A DNA stretch of 64,000 nt from Candidatus Woesearchaeota archaeon. Lineage in GTDB: Archaea > Nanobdellota > Nanobdellia > Pacearchaeales > GW2011-AR1. This document shows, one piece after another, positions 9,959 to 20,436 of the stretch. Within the stretch, counting starts at the first letter, position 1. Each line of letters begins with the position of its first letter. Location: positions 16,129 through 80,128 of the forward strand of contig CAZSGW010000002.1 in the NCBI GenBank assembly GCA_964606775.1, given 5' to 3'. The position numbers and the translations under genes are program-made. The notes beneath the pieces are model-generated. The model was not told where the DNA came from. It saw nothing but the letters and a program-made list of their open reading frames with translations, and ran no database searches.

Positions 9959-12900
9959 TTATTCGTATTTGTTTTTTAATCCAAAGTTTGTAGTGATATG
10001 TAATCCTTGAAGCTCTTCAACAAGTAATTTGAACCCGTATGAAACTTCTACTGGTTCTACTTCTTCCGAACTACAAACCGGACATGAAATTTTATTTCGA
10101 ACGTTATCTTCAATAGCAATTGAACCACACTTAGTGCATATTGGTAATTCAACTTTATCTGAATCGTATCTTTCTTTTAATAATAGCGACGCACCATGAG
10201 CAACCAACGCTTGTTGTTCCATTTCACCTAATCTTAATGCTCCTCCACGAGCCCTACCCTCGATTGGTTGCCTTGTCAATAAAGCAACTTTACCCGAAGC
10301 TCTACCATGCATCTTGTTACCAACCATGTACTTCAACTTTAAGTAATATAGGTTTCCAATAAAAATCTTTGCCTGCATCTTCTTACCGGTGATAGCATTG
10401 TGCATCGTTTCCTTACCATCAAATCTAAATCCTAAATTTTTCATTTGTTCTTCCAAATTCTCTTTACTTTCACCGGAGAAAGAAGTACCGTCAACAACAT
10501 CTCCCTTCAAACAACCCAATTTCCCTGCTAACAATTCTAATAAATATCCAACTGTCATACGTGAAGGCAAACCATGAGGATTAAAAATTACATCGGGTCT
10601 AAGACCATTAACACTGAAAGGAACATCTTCTTCCGGAACAACCATTCCAATAACACCCTTCTGCCCATGAGATGTCGCAAATTTATCTCCTAATTCAGGG
10701 ATTCTGTGATCACGAGTTTTAACTTGAACAATCTTATTACCCTCATCATCAGCCGTAACAAAAACACTTTCAACCGTCCCTTTTTCTTCCTGTCTTAACG
10801 TAACACTTGATTCTTTCTTAGACTTAACAGAAATTTCTCTTGCTTCCGATAAGAACTTAGGAGGAGAAATTTTTCCAATAACTACTTCACCTTCGCCAAT
10901 ATCTTCTTCAGGAATAGTAATACCATCACTTTCTAAATGTTCATACAATTTTTCCATTTTATACCCTGAAGTATCTTTTTCAGGTATCTTTATTTCGTCT
11001 TTTAACCCTCCTGCATAATTCATTTCTATCGCAGAATAAGGTCTAAAGTAGAAACTTCTTCCAACACCTCTATCTACACTTCCTTTGTTCAAAATCAATG
11101 CATCCTCCATATTGTAACCTTCATAAGTCATTATAGCAACACTCAAATTCTGTCCCGCAGGATAGGTTTCCAAAGTATCATAAATAAAACTTCTAACGAT
11201 TGGTTTTTGAGGATATTGTAAAATACTTACATCAGTATCTAATCTACATAAATAATTAGCAGCATAAAGACCCAAAGCTTGCTTCTGAGTTTTCGAACCA
11301 CGATTCAATCTTGAACTCTGGTCGTGATTTCCATAAGGAACTAAACTTGTAATAACTCCAAATAAATCAATACTGTCAATTTCTAAATGAGTAGTTTCTG
11401 GAGTAACTTCGTCTTCGTATAATGCAATTAAGCAGTTCTCTTCTTCTGAAGCATCAAGATATTCAATTAAACCTTTCTTAACTAAATCATTCCATGTTAA
11501 TTCCCCCTGTTCTATTTGAATTAATTCCTCATTCTTTATTTTGGGAACTCCATTCTCAACAACAATTAAAGGTCTTAAAATTCTTCCAGCCTCACTAGAA
11601 ATCCAAACAGAATTAAACCCTTCATCTTTTCTAATACTTATTTGTCCAGGAAGTTCACCCGCTCTTCTTTTTTCTTTAAGCTTCCCCACAAACTCTTCTA
11701 TGTTTCCTACTGTTCCCACATATATACCATTAAGAATTACTTCATTCTCTTCTGAATTCTCATCAGCCATTCCTTCAGTTTTCAAAACTGCGATTATCTT
11801 ATCTTCACTCAAACTAACCCTTGTAGACACTTTACTCAAAAGCGCAAGATTTTTTCTTAAACCAATTTGAGTTCCTTCCGGAGTCTCAATTGGACAGAAT
11901 CTCCCATAGTGTGTTGGGTGCAAGGTTCTTGCTTTAAAATTTTCCTGGTCAGCAGGAAGCATACTCGATACCCTTAATAATTGAGACATTGTAGCCAAAT
12001 AATTTGTCTTATCCATGTTCTGAGTAATACCGCTTCTCTCACCAGTCCAAGAACCAGTTGCAATTGCTGATTCAACTCTGTGCGAAAATAAAGTAGACTT
12101 AGCTAAAACTTTAATTGAAAAATAATTTCTCCTCTTCGCTGATTTTTGCAAAGAATACTGAATATCTCTAATTAAAATACCCAAATTAACTCTAAATAAC
12201 GAAGCTAACAAATCACCAGACAATCTAACTCTCTTATTAGCGTAATGATCTTTATCTGTTTTTAATTCTGGATTTTCCTTCGCTATCAAATATCTTTTAA
12301 TTAATTTACAAAGAGTGATTGCCTTCTTCATTCTATCTTCTTTTTTATTTCCTATGTGTGGAAACAAATATGAATCAATTCTGTTTTTAACCCTATCTAG
12401 AATTTCTTTCTTTGTACCTTGAAGATTTGTCTTTTCAGCGATGTACATCATTGCATCTTCTTGAGTAGCTATGTCAACAAACTCATAAAGATTAACAATA
12501 ACACTATCTGTCTCTTTCCCAATATATTGTGCAATTTCCGATTCTTTTGTCAAACCTAAAGCTTTCAACATAATCACTGCCGGAGTATCCTTAAATCTGC
12601 TGAATGAAACATCAATTAAACCTTCTTTACTCTCGTTAATTGTTATTGGAATTCTATAAGTTCCTTTCAAAGAAAATAGTTTTAACAAAGGACCATTCTT
12701 ATCCTCGTCTATGAAAGCCTGATTTTCCGCTAAATCTTCGGCCATAATCATAACTCTTTCATTACCTTTGATAATAAAATATCCTCCTGGATCTTTAGGA
12801 TCGTTATAGTTAGAAATCAATTCTCCTTCATTCATTCCGTGAGTATTACAAACACTACTCCCAACCATAACAGGAATCTTTCCAATTTCTACAACCTCCG

Positions 12901-13207
12901 AATCTACTTGCCCGTCCTTCTTAACAGTAACTTCTAACTTAACTGGGGCCGCGTACGTTAAGTTTCTCAATCTTGCCTCGTTAGGAGTAATATGCGACGA
13001 ACTTCCATCAGCCTCAACAATCACCGGTTTCTCTACATCTATTTTACCTAACTTAATCTCAAAATCATCTGAGTCAATAGTTTCATTAACCTCGTCCACA
13101 ATCTCTTGCATTCTGTGATTAACGAAATTATCAAAAGAAGTAACATTAGATTCAACTAAAGAATGACTCTTCAAATAATCCTTTACAATTATGTGGTTAT
13201 CTCTCAT
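9959..13207 (-). CDS. rpoB: DNA-directed RNA polymerase subunit B (unsplit)
   Basis: 1082 aa, RNAP beta-like motifs, C-terminal zinc ribbon CTKCGS...CPVC. Confidence 0.95.
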   Translation of the reverse strand: MRDNHIIVKDYLKSHSLVESNVTSFDNFVNHRMQEIVDEVNETIDSDDFEIKLGKIDVEKPVIVEADGSSSHITPNEARLRNLTYAAPVKLEVTVKKDGQVDSEVVEIGKIPVMVGSSVCNTHGMNEGELISNYNDPKDPGGYFIIKGNERVMIMAEDLAENQAFIDEDKNGPLLKLFSLKGTYRIPITINESKEGLIDVSFSRFKDTPAVIMLKALGLTKESEIAQYIGKETDSVIVNLYEFVDIATQEDAMMYIAEKTNLQGTKKEILDRVKNRIDSYLFPHIGNKKEDRMKKAITLCKLIKRYLIAKENPELKTDKDHYANKRVRLSGDLLASLFRVNLGILIRDIQYSLQKSAKRRNYFSIKVLAKSTLFSHRVESAIATGSWTGERSGITQNMDKTNYLATMSQLLRVSSMLPADQENFKARTLHPTHYGRFCPIETPEGTQIGLRKNLALLSKVSTRVSLSEDKIIAVLKTEGMADENSEENEVILNGIYVGTVGNIEEFVGKLKEKRRAGELPGQISIRKDEGFNSVWISSEAGRILRPLIVVENGVPKIKNEELIQIEQGELTWNDLVKKGLIEYLDASEEENCLIALYEDEVTPETTHLEIDSIDLFGVITSLVPYGNHDQSSRLNRGSKTQKQALGLYAANYLCRLDTDVSILQYPQKPIVRSFIYDTLETYPAGQNLSVAIMTYEGYNMEDALILNKGSVDRGVGRSFYFRPYSAIEMNYAGGLKDEIKIPEKDTSGYKMEKLYEHLESDGITIPEEDIGEGEVVIGKISPPKFLSEAREISVKSKKESSVTLRQEEKGTVESVFVTADDEGNKIVQVKTRDHRIPELGDKFATSHGQKGVIGMVVPEEDVPFSVNGLRPDVIFNPHGLPSRMTVGYLLELLAGKLGCLKGDVVDGTSFSGESKENLEEQMKNLGFRFDGKETMHNAITGKKMQAKIFIGNLYYLKLKYMVGNKMHGRASGKVALLTRQPIEGRARGGALRLGEMEQQALVAHGASLLLKERYDSDKVELPICTKCGSIAIEDNVRNKISCPVCSSEEVEPVEVSYGFKLLVEELQGLHITTNFGLKNKYE

Positions 13208-13410
13208 ACTACAACTCTAAAATATATGTTAATATTTTTATCCTCCTTACGCTCTATCTTAATTATATCTCCCACTTCACACCCTTCTGGAAGCGCAGAA
13301 TCTTTCGAAGAAATTTTAGGTAATTGTGCACGAGAAACATTTAGTTTAGCAAGTATTTCTTCAGACTCCTTTTCATTAAGCTTCGTGTGTTTGGGTTGTA
13401 GTATGTGCAT
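13204..13410 (-). CDS. rpoH: DNA-directed RNA polymerase subunit H (Rpb5 homolog)
   Basis: 68 aa, HILQPKH...LPKI...DP...GDIIKIER, overlaps rpoB start. Confidence 0.85.
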   Translation of the reverse strand: MHILQPKHTKLNEKESEEILAKLNVSRAQLPKISSKDSALPEGCEVGDIIKIERKEDKNINIYFRVVV

Positions 13411-13512
13411 CTTCTGGTAGGTTACATAGTTACGAATGACTTTAATAACTGCGTAATAATAAAACAGACAAAAATTTGGTTTAAAAATGTTTCGTATATT
13501 TGAGAATTTCCC

Positions 13513-13911
13513 TTATTTTCCACTTAAAACGAATTTCTCTAAATCATCCAAATCTATCAAGTTATCCAGGTCTAATTTTGCTTCAGAATCCATTTTTATT
13601 TCGAGACATAATTTATTTGTGTTTGGTTTTAATTTGCATTTTGTTTTAGTTCCCTCATGAAAAAAATAATCCAAATTTCTGTTTGAAAAGAATTTTGTTC
13701 CAGCAGAAAAATTTTTTCTAAAAAAATATTTAGCTATATTCTCTTCAAAAATATACCTTGGATCATCTTCTTCTGGATCATAGGTTATTCTTTCCTCAAC
13801 ACTTTCCCTATTCTCTGAAGTAACCTTCTTTTTGAAGTCAAGTCTAACTCTCAGGGAACTATAATATCCTCTCTTTTTAAGTTTTGAACACTTTTTGTAT
13901 TTTGTAATCAT
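13513..13911 (-). CDS. hypothetical protein
   Basis: 132-aa ORF. Confidence 0.35.
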   Translation of the reverse strand: MITKYKKCSKLKKRGYYSSLRVRLDFKKKVTSENRESVEERITYDPEEDDPRYIFEENIAKYFFRKNFSAGTKFFSNRNLDYFFHEGTKTKCKLKPNTNKLCLEIKMDSEAKLDLDNLIDLDDLEKFVLSGK

Positions 13912-13957
13912 ACTTCTAAAAATATTTGACTCTTTATAATAATTATTATATTAAAAT

Positions 13958-14030
13958 GGTCCCGACGGGATTTGAACCCGCGACACCATGGTTAAAAGCC
14001 ATGTGCTCTACCAAGCTGAGCTACGGAACC
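13958..14030 (-). tRNA. tRNA-Lys (anticodon TTT), CCA not encoded
   Basis: rc gives GGTTCCGTAGCTCAGCTTGGTAGAGCACATGGCTTTTAACCATGG...GGGTTCAAATCCCGTCGGGACCA with cloverleaf; anticodon loop CTTTTAA. Confidence 0.85.
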
Positions 14031-14070
14031 TTATTAATTTAGTTAATAGAATTAGTTTATAAAATTATCT

Positions 14071-14382
14071 TTATAGATGAGAATTAATTTTATTCTCTAA
14101 TTCTTCCTCGGTCATACCGCCAGAAAATTGTTCAATTAAATTCCCTTCCTTTAACAAAACAAAATTTGGAATCGAACTTACATTAAACTTTTTAGCAATT
14201 TCTTCATTATCTTCAACATTTGCCTTTCCAACCTTTATCTTTCCTTTAAACTTTTCAGAGATATCTTCAACAATAGGACCCATCATAACACAAGGCATAC
14301 ACCAATCAGCATAAAAATCAATCAACACAATTCCTTCTTTAACAAATTCATCAAAAGTATTATTAGTTAATTCCTCTACCAT
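14071..14382 (-). CDS. trx: thioredoxin
   Basis: 103 aa, WCMPC active-site variant in thioredoxin fold context. Confidence 0.8.
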   Translation of the reverse strand: MVEELTNNTFDEFVKEGIVLIDFYADWCMPCVMMGPIVEDISEKFKGKIKVGKANVEDNEEIAKKFNVSSIPNFVLLKEGNLIEQFSGGMTEEELENKINSHL

Positions 14383-14487
14383 AAAATTACATAGAATTAT
14401 TATTTTTAAGAGTTTGGGTTATTCAAAATTATATATTCTCAAACCACCTCATAAAAATTAAACACAATCACTTTAAAAGAATTTATA

Positions 14488-15096
14488 TTATAAAATATCC
14501 CAACTATCAATAACTCCCCTTCCTTTTTGATATTCTTCATCGGACCAAACATCAAACTTATTCCATTTTCTGTGAATATCAATCTCCCAATATCTTTTCA
14601 AACTTAAATCCAATTGATTCACTTCAATTCCCAAATCTAAGAATTTTTTGAGCGTTCGTTCAAATTCTTTATCTGAATAATTTTTCTTAAATACAATTCT
14701 TTCAATTCCATATGGCTCTAAATTTTTTCCACAATTCCCACAAGGAAAAATCGTAGTATAAAGTGTCAACCCTTCAGAATTGTTTTTATTCAAATGCCCT
14801 GCAGCATTCATTTCAGAATGTATTCCAATACACTCTCCAGAATTAAGAGATTCTTCATAGTCTAATCCTTTATTTTCTTTGGCACATCCATTTTCTAAAC
14901 AATTTTTCTCATGTCTTGAAGATGCCCCATTATATCCTGATGCAACAATCTGATTATCGTATACAATTTTGCTCCCAGAACTAACAAACCAACAAGAAGA
15001 ACGTCTTGAACTTTTTATTGCTTCACTCATAAATATTTCATCCCAATTGGGACGGGTCCCAAGAGGACTTTCCTTAAGAGTTGTATATTCAGCCAT
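14488..15096 (-). CDS. dCMP/CMP deaminase family zinc enzyme
   Basis: HSEMNA...PCGNCG zinc-binding deaminase motifs. Confidence 0.75.
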   Translation of the reverse strand: MAEYTTLKESPLGTRPNWDEIFMSEAIKSSRRSSCWFVSSGSKIVYDNQIVASGYNGASSRHEKNCLENGCAKENKGLDYEESLNSGECIGIHSEMNAAGHLNKNNSEGLTLYTTIFPCGNCGKNLEPYGIERIVFKKNYSDKEFERTLKKFLDLGIEVNQLDLSLKRYWEIDIHRKWNKFDVWSDEEYQKGRGVIDSWDIL

Positions 15097-15192
15097 AAAA
15101 TTTCAATCTCTCCAGAGCTTTTAAGAATTATTGCAAAGAATTGATTACATTAGAAACCATTTTTTCTAAATCATTAAAAGTAATTCCAAGAA

Positions 15193-15618
15193 TCATTTCA
15201 AACCACTACTCCCAAAGCCACCTTCACTCCTCTCACTTTCAGCAAGTTCTTCAACTTCTTCAACTTCAACTTTTGGATAAGGCATAACAATCACCTGCCC
15301 AATTCTTTCTCCAATATCATAAACATTTTCTCCATCTTTTTTGAATCTCAATTTTAATTCGCCTCTATAACCTGAATCTAAAACTCCAACAGAATTTTTC
15401 AAAATCAAATCTTTATTCGTAACGCTACTTCTTGAAAAAACCAACATCACATATCCTTCTGGAACTTCAAAAGCCAAACCAGTTCCATACTCAATATATT
15501 TGTCAGTCAACTCTATAGAAGTAGAATAAACATCCATTCCCGCATCTCCAACTTTTGCATAACTAGGAATTTTTGCATTAGAATTTAATTTCTTTACCTT
15601 AATTTTCATCATCCACAC
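15193..15618 (-). CDS. dut: dUTP diphosphatase (dUTPase)
   Basis: 141 aa, trimeric dUTPase motifs incl. C-terminal GGFGSSG. Confidence 0.85.
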   Translation of the reverse strand: MWMMKIKVKKLNSNAKIPSYAKVGDAGMDVYSTSIELTDKYIEYGTGLAFEVPEGYVMLVFSRSSVTNKDLILKNSVGVLDSGYRGELKLRFKKDGENVYDIGERIGQVIVMPYPKVEVEEVEELAESERSEGGFGSSGLK

Positions 15619-18149
15619 TTACTAAAACCACAAGAACACTTCATACAACCTTCTTGATAAAGTAATTTTTGCTCTATTCCATTCTCTTTGCAATCTGGAC
15701 AAAGCTCTTTCGATTCAGCCCCATTAGGAATATATTTTCTTAACGCTCTCTCAACACCTTTTATCCAAGTGTTTATATTATCTTCTTTAACACTTAATGA
15801 AGAAACTATCTCAACAGCTTCTTGTGGAGGCATTTTGTATCTCAATAAACCAGAAATCAACTTAGAATAATTCCAAAATTCTGGATTGAATTGATGAGAT
15901 ATTCCCGGAACAACCGCATTAGGATATCCATGACTTGTTGTAAAGTGAAAGTCGTAATGTTTTCTTCCATCTTCATCTTTTTCTCTAACAATTTCGCCTT
16001 TTTCTACTTTCTTTGGGACAGCTAAAACATCTTCGTCTTGTTTTCCAGTAAAAATTTCATAAGGGGAACCATCTTCTCTTAAGCCAACAAAAGCAATCCA
16101 ATCTTCATCGTTATTTTTGAATCTCAAAACTTCTGCTTCTAAGGATTTCGGACGTTCAATTTTTTTATTTTTTTCTTTTCCAGTCAATAATACTCCGTCT
16201 CTGCAACCATCTCTATAAACAGTAACACCTTTACATTCAGCTTTCCAAGCTTCCAAATAAACTTCACCTACCAAATCTTTTGAAGCATCTGAAGGAAGAT
16301 TAACGGTACAACTTATTGAGTGGTCAACCCATTTTTGAATAGAGCCCTGCATTTTAACCTTTGAAATCCAATTGATATCATTAGCAGTAGCCCCATTGTA
16401 AGGAGATTTTTTTATCAATTCCTCGATTTCCTTATCAGAATATTTTTTTGAAGGATTGTGCCCATTTTTTTCCATCCAAGTTACGAACTTGTGATGAAAT
16501 ATATTATATTCTTCCCAGGAATCACCTACTTCATCAGTGAATGTAACTTCTACATCCTTATCATTAGGATTAACTTTTCTTCTTCTTTTATAAACTGGCG
16601 AAAAAGCAGGTTCAATTCCCGAAGTTGTTTGAGTCATTTGTGAAGTAGTCCCAGTTGGAGCAATAGTCAACAAAGCAATATTTCTTCTTCCATATTTTTT
16701 CATATCTTCGATTAATTGTGGGTCTTCCGCTCCCAATCTTTGAATAAAAGGATTATCTTTCTCTCTTTCAAAATCGTAAATCTCAAATGCCCCTCTTTCT
16801 TTAGCCAATTCTACCGAACCTCTGTATGCCTCAATTGCAAGTGTTTTATGAATTTCTGTTGCAAAATCAATAGCATCTTTACTTCCGTATTGTAATCCCA
16901 AAGCTGCAAGCATATCTCCCTCGGCGGTTATGCCCATTCCCATTCTTCTTCCAGTTTTTGCAGTTTGTTTTATATTTTCCCAAAGTTTTTTTTCTGTTCT
17001 TCTTGTTTCAGCGCTTTCAGGATCCTTTGAAATCTTCTCTAATATTCCTTCAATTTTTTCAACTTCCGCATCAATTATATCATCAGAAAATCTTTGTGAC
17101 ATCCGGACATCTCTTTTGAATTTTTCAAAATTGAATTCTGCATTTTTCTCAAAAGGATTTTCGACGTAACTGTATAAATTCATTGCTGTCAATCTACAAC
17201 TATCGTAGGGACACAAAGGAATTTCCCCACAAGGATTTGTTGAAACAGTCTTAAATCCCAAATCCGCATAAGAATCTGGAATAGACTCATTTATTACATT
17301 ATCCCAAAATAAAATTCCTGGCTCTGCGGATTTCCAAGCGTTATTCACTATTTTATACCATAGTTTATTTGCATCAATCTCTTTAGTTACTTCCGGATTT
17401 TCTGAATTAACTGGATATTGTTGAATATATTTTCCTCCGTTACACACAGCTTCCATAAATTCATCATCTATTTTTACGGAGATATTAGCTCCTGTAACTT
17501 TTCCCTGTTCTAATTTTGCATCAATAAAAGATTCTGCATCTGGATGTTTAATGGAAAGACTCAACATTAATGCTCCCCTTCTTCCATCTTGAGCAACTTC
17601 TCTAGTTGAATTAGAATACCTTTCCATGAAGGGAACAACTCCTGTAGATGTTAATGCAGAATTTAAAACAGGACTCCCTTTAGGCCTGATATGAGATAAA
17701 TCATGCCCAACGCCTCCACGACGCTTCATTAATTGTACCTGTTCCTCATCAGTTTTCATTATATTCGAATAAGAATCTTCTTCCCTCCCAATTACAAAAC
17801 AATTTGATAATGAAACAATTTGGTTGTCGTTTCCCATACCAGACATGGGTCCTCCTTGAGGAACAAAATAATCAAAATTTTTTATCAAATCATATATCTC
17901 TTTTTTCTGAACTGGATTTTCATATTTGCTTTCAATTCTAGAAATCTCTCCAGCTAATCTTTCATGCATTTGGTTTGGATTTGATTCATATATCTTTCCT
18001 TCTGAATCTTTTAATGCATATTTATTTACCCAATTTCTCGCAGCCATGATATCTCCTCCAAAATACTCGGTAGATTCTTTAACCGCTTCTTCAAAAGAGT
18101 AAATTTTCAAGTCTTTACTTACCTTTTTTTCCAAATTATTTTTAACCAT
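15609..18149 (-). CDS. nrdJ: class II (adenosylcobalamin-dependent) ribonucleotide reductase
   Basis: 846 aa, SNPCGEIPL active-site motif, C-terminal Cys zinc ribbon. Confidence 0.88.
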   Translation of the reverse strand: MVKNNLEKKVSKDLKIYSFEEAVKESTEYFGGDIMAARNWVNKYALKDSEGKIYESNPNQMHERLAGEISRIESKYENPVQKKEIYDLIKNFDYFVPQGGPMSGMGNDNQIVSLSNCFVIGREEDSYSNIMKTDEEQVQLMKRRGGVGHDLSHIRPKGSPVLNSALTSTGVVPFMERYSNSTREVAQDGRRGALMLSLSIKHPDAESFIDAKLEQGKVTGANISVKIDDEFMEAVCNGGKYIQQYPVNSENPEVTKEIDANKLWYKIVNNAWKSAEPGILFWDNVINESIPDSYADLGFKTVSTNPCGEIPLCPYDSCRLTAMNLYSYVENPFEKNAEFNFEKFKRDVRMSQRFSDDIIDAEVEKIEGILEKISKDPESAETRRTEKKLWENIKQTAKTGRRMGMGITAEGDMLAALGLQYGSKDAIDFATEIHKTLAIEAYRGSVELAKERGAFEIYDFEREKDNPFIQRLGAEDPQLIEDMKKYGRRNIALLTIAPTGTTSQMTQTTSGIEPAFSPVYKRRRKVNPNDKDVEVTFTDEVGDSWEEYNIFHHKFVTWMEKNGHNPSKKYSDKEIEELIKKSPYNGATANDINWISKVKMQGSIQKWVDHSISCTVNLPSDASKDLVGEVYLEAWKAECKGVTVYRDGCRDGVLLTGKEKNKKIERPKSLEAEVLRFKNNDEDWIAFVGLREDGSPYEIFTGKQDEDVLAVPKKVEKGEIVREKDEDGRKHYDFHFTTSHGYPNAVVPGISHQFNPEFWNYSKLISGLLRYKMPPQEAVEIVSSLSVKEDNINTWIKGVERALRKYIPNGAESKELCPDCKENGIEQKLLYQEGCMKCSCGFSKCG

Positions 18150-18150
18150 T

Positions 18151-18588
18151 TCACAACTCCCTTATTTCTTTTTTGAAATCTTTTAAATCTTCAAAGTCTC
18201 TGTAAACAGAGGCGAATCGTATATATGCAACCTTATCTAACCCTTTTATTCTTTTAGATACTAAATTGCCTATAATCGAACTCTTTACTTCCTTTTTACC
18301 TTTTTTTCTCAATTGTTCTTCGACTTCTTTTGCAAGTCTCTGAATTTTCTCAACCGAAATCGGACGCTTCTCAAAAGCTCTTTCAATCCCAGCAAGTAAC
18401 TTTTCTGGAATGAATTTTTCTCTTTTATCATCTTTCTTTATCACATACAAATCACCTCTTTCTATTCTCTCGTACGTGGTAAATCTTTTCTCACACTTTA
18501 GACACTCTCTTCTTCTCCGTATACCTGAAGGAGAGTCCCTTTTATCCGTGACACGAGATTTTGTATGTGAACAGTATGGACAATCCAT
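18151..18588 (-). CDS. nrdR: transcriptional repressor NrdR (zinc ribbon + ATP-cone)
   Basis: MDCPYCSHTKSRVTDKR...CLKCEKRFTTYERIE then ATP-cone; directly upstream of nrdJ. Confidence 0.85.
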   Translation of the reverse strand: MDCPYCSHTKSRVTDKRDSPSGIRRRRECLKCEKRFTTYERIERGDLYVIKKDDKREKFIPEKLLAGIERAFEKRPISVEKIQRLAKEVEEQLRKKGKKEVKSSIIGNLVSKRIKGLDKVAYIRFASVYRDFEDLKDFKKEIREL

Positions 18589-18601
18589 TATTTTAACCTA
18601 T

Positions 18602-18617
18602 ACACAATATCTTGTAT
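18602..18617. promoter_or_regulatory. candidate NrdR box
   Basis: ACACAATATCTTGTAT matches NrdR-box consensus acaCwAtATaTwGtgt at 14/16 positions, 14 bp upstream of nrdR start; weaker second site 18633-18649. Confidence 0.4.
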
Positions 18618-18744
18618 GTATGCTTCATCTTTACACCCAGTTATTGTATAATAAAAATTTTTAGACCAAATAGTATTTAAATATTTACAACCATCAAACA
18701 AAAGTAACAAGATTTTTAAATGAAATCTACTTTAGATTTAAAAG

Positions 18745-19053
18745 ATGGATGGATATTTAGCTGAACTTTCAGCACAATTGGGAATTTCTACTTGGTTATT
18801 AATTGTAATTTTAATTTGGACTGCAGTCTGGAAATTATATGGGATGTGGAAATCCGCACGTAAAGGACATATAGCATGGTTTATTATAATTGCATTCTTA
18901 AATACAGTCGGAATAATCCCGATTCTTTATATTTATGTATTTGCAGACAGATTAAAATCTTTGAAAAAAGAAAATACTAAAAAGAAGGCGATAAAGAAAA
19001 AATCTTCTAAGAAGAAAACTTCGAAGAAAAAAGTTAGCAAGAAGAAAAAATAA
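18745..19053 (+). CDS. small membrane protein with Lys/Ser-rich C-terminal tail
   Basis: two predicted TM helices then KKKSSKKKTSKKKVSKKKK. Confidence 0.45.
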   Translation: MDGYLAELSAQLGISTWLLIVILIWTAVWKLYGMWKSARKGHIAWFIIIAFLNTVGIIPILYIYVFADRLKSLKKENTKKKAIKKKSSKKKTSKKKVSKKKK

Positions 19054-19881
19054 TTATTCTACCAGTTGACATTTCTTACAAACTTTTCCTCTTGAAGGTT
19101 CTCCACAAATTTCACAATACTTAACTTCAGAACTTTTCATCCTCTCCAATCTAGGATAAACTCTTTCAAAATTTTTAACAATATTTTGTTTTTCTTTGTT
19201 TGAAACTGTATTCAAAAATTTTCTTAATTGAATCCTATAAGAATCCAGTGCACAAGGGCAACCTTCATAGTTAACCGGCAATTTTTTATCATGGGTGTAT
19301 TTTCTAATTTCATCTTCGGGAATAAAAAACAAAGGTTTTATTCGGGTAATGAATTTTTTGTCGTTTATATTCTTCGTTATCGGTCCAGTATTTGAACTTA
19401 AACTAGGACTCCCTTTAAGTATATTCAAGAGAAATGTTTGAGCTTCATCATCGAGATTATGCCCCGTTGCTATTTTCTTAAACTTTAATCTCCTTGCTTC
19501 TTTATTTAAAATCCATTTCTTAATAACTCCACAAATTGCACAATTTTTTATCTGACCTTTTGTATTTTTAGATTGGATAGCACTCCGAAGATAACACATA
19601 CTAGAACCCATCTCCTTCTTCATATCATATAAATGCAATTTAATACCTAACTCCTTGCAAAGTTCTTCAATTTTTATCTTGCACGTTTCACTATACTTTC
19701 CAATTTTTAAATCAATATGCAGGCCCTCTATTTTATACCCAAATTTTTTCAATAAATAAGCAACGAGCGTGGAATCCTTTCCTCCCGAAAGAGCTACAAG
19801 AATTTTTTCACCTTTTTTCAATCCAATATCTCTCAAAGTTTGTTTTACTTTTTTCTCAATTTCCATTTCTATAATCCTCAA
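19054..19881 (-). CDS. TtcA/NcsA-family PP-loop ATPase (tRNA thiolation)
   Basis: SGGKDS PP-loop, GHNLDDEAQT motif, Cys clusters incl. C-terminal CEICGEPSRGKVCKKC. Confidence 0.75.
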   Translation of the reverse strand: MRIIEMEIEKKVKQTLRDIGLKKGEKILVALSGGKDSTLVAYLLKKFGYKIEGLHIDLKIGKYSETCKIKIEELCKELGIKLHLYDMKKEMGSSMCYLRSAIQSKNTKGQIKNCAICGVIKKWILNKEARRLKFKKIATGHNLDDEAQTFLLNILKGSPSLSSNTGPITKNINDKKFITRIKPLFFIPEDEIRKYTHDKKLPVNYEGCPCALDSYRIQLRKFLNTVSNKEKQNIVKNFERVYPRLERMKSSEVKYCEICGEPSRGKVCKKCQLVE

Positions 19882-20224
19882 TAGCCTTTTTCAAAGTTTT
19901 AGTGGCCATAGCTGAGCAATGGAATTTTAATTGAGGTAATTCTCCAAGCTCTTTTACCACGTCTTTCATCGTAACTTTTTCAGCCTCTTCTAATGTCTTG
20001 CCCTTAACCATCTGAGTTAACATAGAAGTAGATGCAATTGCAGCCCCACATCCAAATGTCTGAAATTTTATGTCTTTGATTCTGTTATCTTTAACTTTAA
20101 TAAAAACTTTCATAATGTCCCCACAAGTAGGATTTCCCATCTCACCAACTCCATCTGGATTTTTTATTTCTCCCATATTTTTTGGACGAAGAAAATTCTC
20201 CATCACTTTTTTGCTATATTTCAT
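19856..20224 (-). CDS. iscU: Fe-S cluster assembly scaffold IscU/NifU-like
   Basis: NPTCGD, GCGAAIAS, HCS conserved Cys motifs. Confidence 0.88.
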   Translation of the reverse strand: MKYSKKVMENFLRPKNMGEIKNPDGVGEMGNPTCGDIMKVFIKVKDNRIKDIKFQTFGCGAAIASTSMLTQMVKGKTLEEAEKVTMKDVVKELGELPQLKFHCSAMATKTLKKAIEDYRNGN

Positions 20225-20436
20225 TTTTTATTCAATTCCTCAACTAATCCGTTTATTTCTTTATCACTTAAACCATGGGCTTTACAACCCTGTTCAATCG
20301 ACTCTCCAGAAGACATAGGGCAACCTACACACGCCATCCCTGCCTCAAAAAACTTTTCAGCAGCTTCTGGCTTTTCCTCTAAAACTTTTCCAATAATTGA
20401 TTTCTTTGTTACTTTCATTCTATTTCTTATTTGCAT
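20221..20436 (-). CDS. DUF1858-type small redox disulfide protein
   Basis: 71 aa, MACVGCP motif. Confidence 0.55.
   Translation of the reverse strand: MQIRNRMKVTKKSIIGKVLEEKPEAAEKFFEAGMACVGCPMSSGESIEQGCKAHGLSDKEINGLVEELNKK

Noticed and set aside
6031-13420. Multiple + strand ORFs (e.g. 7067-7327, 10141-10362, 11541-11870, 13163-13420) inside rpoA, rpoB and rpoH
   Set aside because: Antisense to highly conserved RNAP genes. No independent support.
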